Assembly (NCBI GenBank): GCA_002104905.1
Contig: MCFE01000413.1
Location: forward strand, 15,611-79,610
Reading direction: 5' to 3'
Origin: Basidiobolus meristosporus CBS 931.73
Taxonomy: Eukaryota > Fungi > Basidiobolomycota
Length of the DNA stretch: 64,000 bases
In this document: one piece after another, positions 60,350 through 64,000 of the stretch
Numbering within the stretch: the stretch's first letter is position 1
Layout: every line of letters starts with the position of its first letter
The notes under the pieces: generated by a model
Databases searched by the model: none
Told to the model about the DNA's origin: nothing
Seen by the model: the letters and a program-made list of their open reading frames with translations, nothing else
Made by a program: the position numbers and the translations under genes

Positions 60350-62150
60350 TGTTATGAATAGACACAAGGCAGGAGAGTAGAGCTAGGCAAGGCAGGACCA
60401 GGAAAGGACTTAGGTGTGGATCAACAAGGCAAGGCTTTTTATTCAAGACCTGTGTTTATCAGACTGAGGAATACATAAGGGGGGATAGGACTATATATAC
60501 TTTTTGGCTATACTGATGCTGAGAGATATTAGCTAATACTCATGGGGTTGTGGGGTGAGGCACAGCAGCAGTGCTGGGGATAATAATATAGAAGGCAAGG
60601 CACTGAGACAGGATGGGGAAATGGATTGGGTTGCCTGATCATGTAACTAAGTCATGTGACCTGGTATTTCCATATATGGTACTGGACTATGAAAAATACA
60701 ATGGGAAGCTTCCATGGAATGTTCCATTGTGTAACAATGGTTTGGAATGGTCAGGAACTTTCTGGAAGGTGGTACAAGGTTCCAGAAGGAATCTCTTAGA
60801 AATTGAGCTAGGAAGCTGAAACTTGGCATGGGTGTTCATGGTTGTTGTGTGATCATGACACTATTCTCCTCTTCCAGGTAAAGCTCTGTTTCCCTTTGAG
60901 GCAGGTTTTGTAGGATATTGCTGGTGGAACTGGGTAACTAGTTCTTGACAATTAGTGAGATGGGTAGCTGGTTCCGATGTTTGGTCACTTGGACCATAAC
61001 CAATCCAGTCTACTAAGTAGTACAGCTTTGACCAGATATACTAGGAGTCTAGAATCTGTTTAACTTCAAATTCTTGATGTTGGTCAACCTGGATGGCTTG
61101 GGGCTTTGCTTCTTGCTGGTTTGGCAAGGTGTTCTTACAATACAGCTCCAGGAGGGACACATAGAAAGTATCATGGATTTTCATACTTGCTGGTAACTGT
61201 AGCTGGTATACTATAGGGCTAAGCTTCTGTTTAATCTTGAAGGGACCAAGTTTCTTGAAATCCAATTTGTCACAAGGGTGGTTGGTGCTGATGTTTCTTC
61301 TGAGCAACCATACTGAATCTCCTTCATTAAGATCAGGGCTGGGATGCCATTTTAGATTGGCAAATATCTTGTAGCTTTCCTGAGTTGAGGATAGCTCTTC
61401 CTTGAGGGTATTCTGGATGTCCTGGATTGCTTGGACATGTTCAGCCATGTGTGGGCTCATTGGGTTTGTTGGAATCTGGATATCAAACTGAGGGTGCAAT
61501 CCATAGTTTGCGTAGAATGGTGTAAAACTGGTTGCACTATGGCTTGAGTTGTTGTAGGCAAACTCAGCAACAGGGAGTAGATCAACCCAATTGTCTTGCT
61601 GGTAATTGATATAGCACCAGAGGTATTGCTCTAGAATCTGGTTGATTCTTTCAGTCTGGCCATCAGACTGTGGATGGAAGGCAGTAGGGAGCCTGACTTG
61701 AACACCAAGGTATTGCATGAAGTGTCTCCAAAACTTGGACACAAACTGTGGGCCTCTATCTGACACAATATCACTGGGGATACCATGAAGGTGGAAAATA
61801 TTCTTCAGGACTAATACAGCAGTTTCTTTTGCATCAGTGTTCTTACTGCAAGGGATAAAGTGGGCCATCTTGGTCAGCCGGTCAGCCACTACAAGTATTG
61901 CATTGAAGCCACAAGACTCAGGGAGGTCAGTAATGAAGTCCATAGATATAGATCTCCATTGGTGTTCTGGGATAGGCAAGTGCTGGAGAAGTCCACAGGC
62001 CTGGTGTCTGGCTGGCTTTGCATGGTTGCAAATATCACAAGTCAGAATGTACTCTTTGATAAGAGTTATCATTGTAGGCCACCAGAAGTCTCTTTTGATA
62101 GCATTCAAGGTTTTGGCAGTACCAAAGTGGCCTGCAGCCATTGAATCATG
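60350..62150 (-). mobile_element. Chromovirus (Ty3/Gypsy) 3' portion: integrase, chromodomain, PPT and 3' LTR (60350-60860)
   Basis: 366-aa ORF with GHFG, WWP, CDIC, SMDFITDLP, SDRGPQF, QSDGQTER and GPF; chromodomain EFEVKQILDS...YLVDWIGY; PPT GGAAGAGGAGAATAG. Confidence 0.92.
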
Positions 62151-62384
62151 CCAAGACTTAATGATGTATAGCTGGGTAGCAAGGTCTGGGTCATAGAGCT
62201 ACTGCTTGTGGTAGATGAGGATGTATACCAAATGCAGGTTCTGGATATTTGGGAACTTGGGACCACCAGTGGCCGTATACTCAATTGAATTGGATGCATT
62301 GAATCCAATTAATTAATTGGGAAATGATCATACAAATAACCCGGGACTCAAAATAGAATAGAATCCAGGCAAGTAAGAAAAAGA

Positions 62385-62468
62385 TGCTGACTGTGAGGTT
62401 CGAACTCACGCCCCGTTTCCGGGAGGGGATCTTAAGTCACCCGCCTTAGACCACTTGGCCAAATCAGC
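62385..62468 (-). tRNA. tRNA-Leu, anticodon TAA
   Basis: 84 nt: GCTGATT acceptor stem, CT-TAA-GA loop, long variable arm, GTTCGAA T-loop. One CpG>CpA change in the D arm relative to the 63541 copy. Confidence 0.93.
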
Positions 62469-62700
62469 TATACACGAGCAGGTATACGAAATGCTATGGT
62501 ACATCGCTCCACTTTGATCTAGAGTGAGACTGACATTCCCCAAGTATTACTGGCCTAGCAAGCAACAGCATCGGGAATCTGGATACCCTGAGGTCAAAGA
62601 ATATAAAACCAACGTAGCAGAACCCACCATAGACTCAGTGAATGTTGTTGCAGTAAAAAATGCAATAGGAACTTGGATTAACCGAACCTTATTACTATAC

Positions 62701-62773
62701 GGGGGTTTAGCTCAAGTGGTAGAGCGATCGCTTCGCATGCGATAGGCACCGGGATCGATACCCGGAATCTCCA
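62701..62773 (+). tRNA. tRNA-Ala, anticodon CGC
   Basis: 73-nt cloverleaf; G3:U70 alanine identity pair; perfect ATCGC/GCGAT anticodon stem with TT-CGC-AT loop; GATCGAT T-loop typical of eukaryotic tRNA-Ala. Confidence 0.95.
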
Positions 62774-63540
62774 ATGACACTTAATTTGTGCAATTTTTGG
62801 TATTTTGCTTCCTTGCGTTACTGTCAGGCATATACTATGTTTGCGTTGGCTATCGCCCCTCTTTTAGGTGATACAAGAGCCGCATCGATACCTGGCGAGG
62901 GAGCTCATATAAGTTAGAGATCTTAATTAAGGGGTCTAGTCCCCGTCAGTGTTAAGGAGAAATCTGTGGCGCTTCATAGACAATTAAAAATGCGAATGTT
63001 AGCCTAGTTAGTAGGTTGGGTGAATATTGCCTAAGAATAATCTAGATACACTGAAGGGTACATGGTTCGATTCACAGGAACACTGCCCCCACCACACACA
63101 TATGGACGTGCCACCAGATGGCCAACCGCACATTCCCTTGACTGCATAAGGGAAGGGATGCTGAAATTATTGGTAAAATTTTTGCCCACATTTTGCTCCC
63201 TTCCAGAGAAATATATCAGAGAAAAATCTCTTCACAAACCCTAATCCGAACAAAGAGCATTAACCAGAGGTCAGATCATGGTGCAACCAAGCAAGCAGCA
63301 TGTACCTTATTGTGCCAAAAGGCAATTAAATTGAGGTAAGACAGCAAATGGTGCACAAACGAGTGTTATCAATGGCAAAGCTGAGGGGAGCTAGGTAGTG
63401 ACAGCTGGGGATTAGATTGGAGGCACAATTGAGGTCATTGTGTCTATGTATGGGTGGCATCAGCCAAAAGAACGGATATATGGGATAATAATAACAGCAT
63501 TAGTTAGCATTTGAAAGCCAAAGCTAATTAGAGCAAAAGA

Positions 63541-63624
63541 TGCTGACTGTGAGGTTCGAACTCACGCCCCGTTTCCGGGAGGGGATCTTAAGTCACCCGC
63601 CTTAGACCACTCGGCCAAATCAGC
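63541..63624 (-). tRNA. tRNA-Leu, anticodon TAA
   Basis: 84-nt cloverleaf with canonical TGGCCGAGTGG A-box and GTTCGAA B-box. Confidence 0.95.
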
Positions 63625-64000
63625 TATACAGACTTAGGTGAGTAGTGTCTTTTAATTGATGGCATACTAGGTGCGTAGCCAAGCAACAACTAACAAGAGT
63701 GTGTGGATTCCCCATTCGAATAGAAAGAGCAAATATCTCCTATAATACTGAGGTGTATATAAATGTGGATCCAGCCCCAGACCATTCCATTCCTGCATAG
63801 CAATCGGCCATAGTGGATGCTGGAAGAAGAGCAGCCTACATGAGACCCTGTTAAGAAACGTAGCGGGGATATTTGCATACTAGGCATCTGTTACAAAAGA
63901 CGAGGTCACTCAAACACTAGATGTGATAATTAGGCAACAGTGAGGGAGAAGAAAAACGAATCAGCCAGCCAGCCAGCCAAGCCAGGCCAATTTTAAAACA

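Overview
TE-saturated eukaryotic window, most likely fungal (inferred from the one host gene and the TE families). About 85% is nested, decayed mobile DNA: several Ty1/Copia and Ty3/Gypsy retroelements including a chromovirus, solo LTRs, PIF/Harbinger-like (PHIS) DNA transposons with a palindromic MITE derivative, and a CACTA/EnSpm-like element. This DNA is almost free of CpG. Two CpG-rich islands stand out: one GC-rich, apparently intronless gene (42401-48064; sacsin-like GHKL ATPase / DUF3684-like) and a tRNA cluster at the right end (Leu-TAA x2, Ala-CGC). A CpG-eroded duplicate of the tRNA unit lies at 54.4-55.4 kb. The most unexpected feature is a fossil, intronless, compact RNA polymerase second-largest (beta/Rpb2-like) subunit gene at about 240-1035 plus 10038-11819. 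It is split by a Copia-in-Copia insertion with a perfect ATCTT target-site duplication, and several of its invariant arginines are changed in the way CpG deamination would produce. It looks like the remnant of an endogenized large DNA virus or virus-like linear element rather than a host Rpb2. All calls were made by eye, without alignments or database searches. Boundaries of decayed elements are approximate unless a TSD is quoted.
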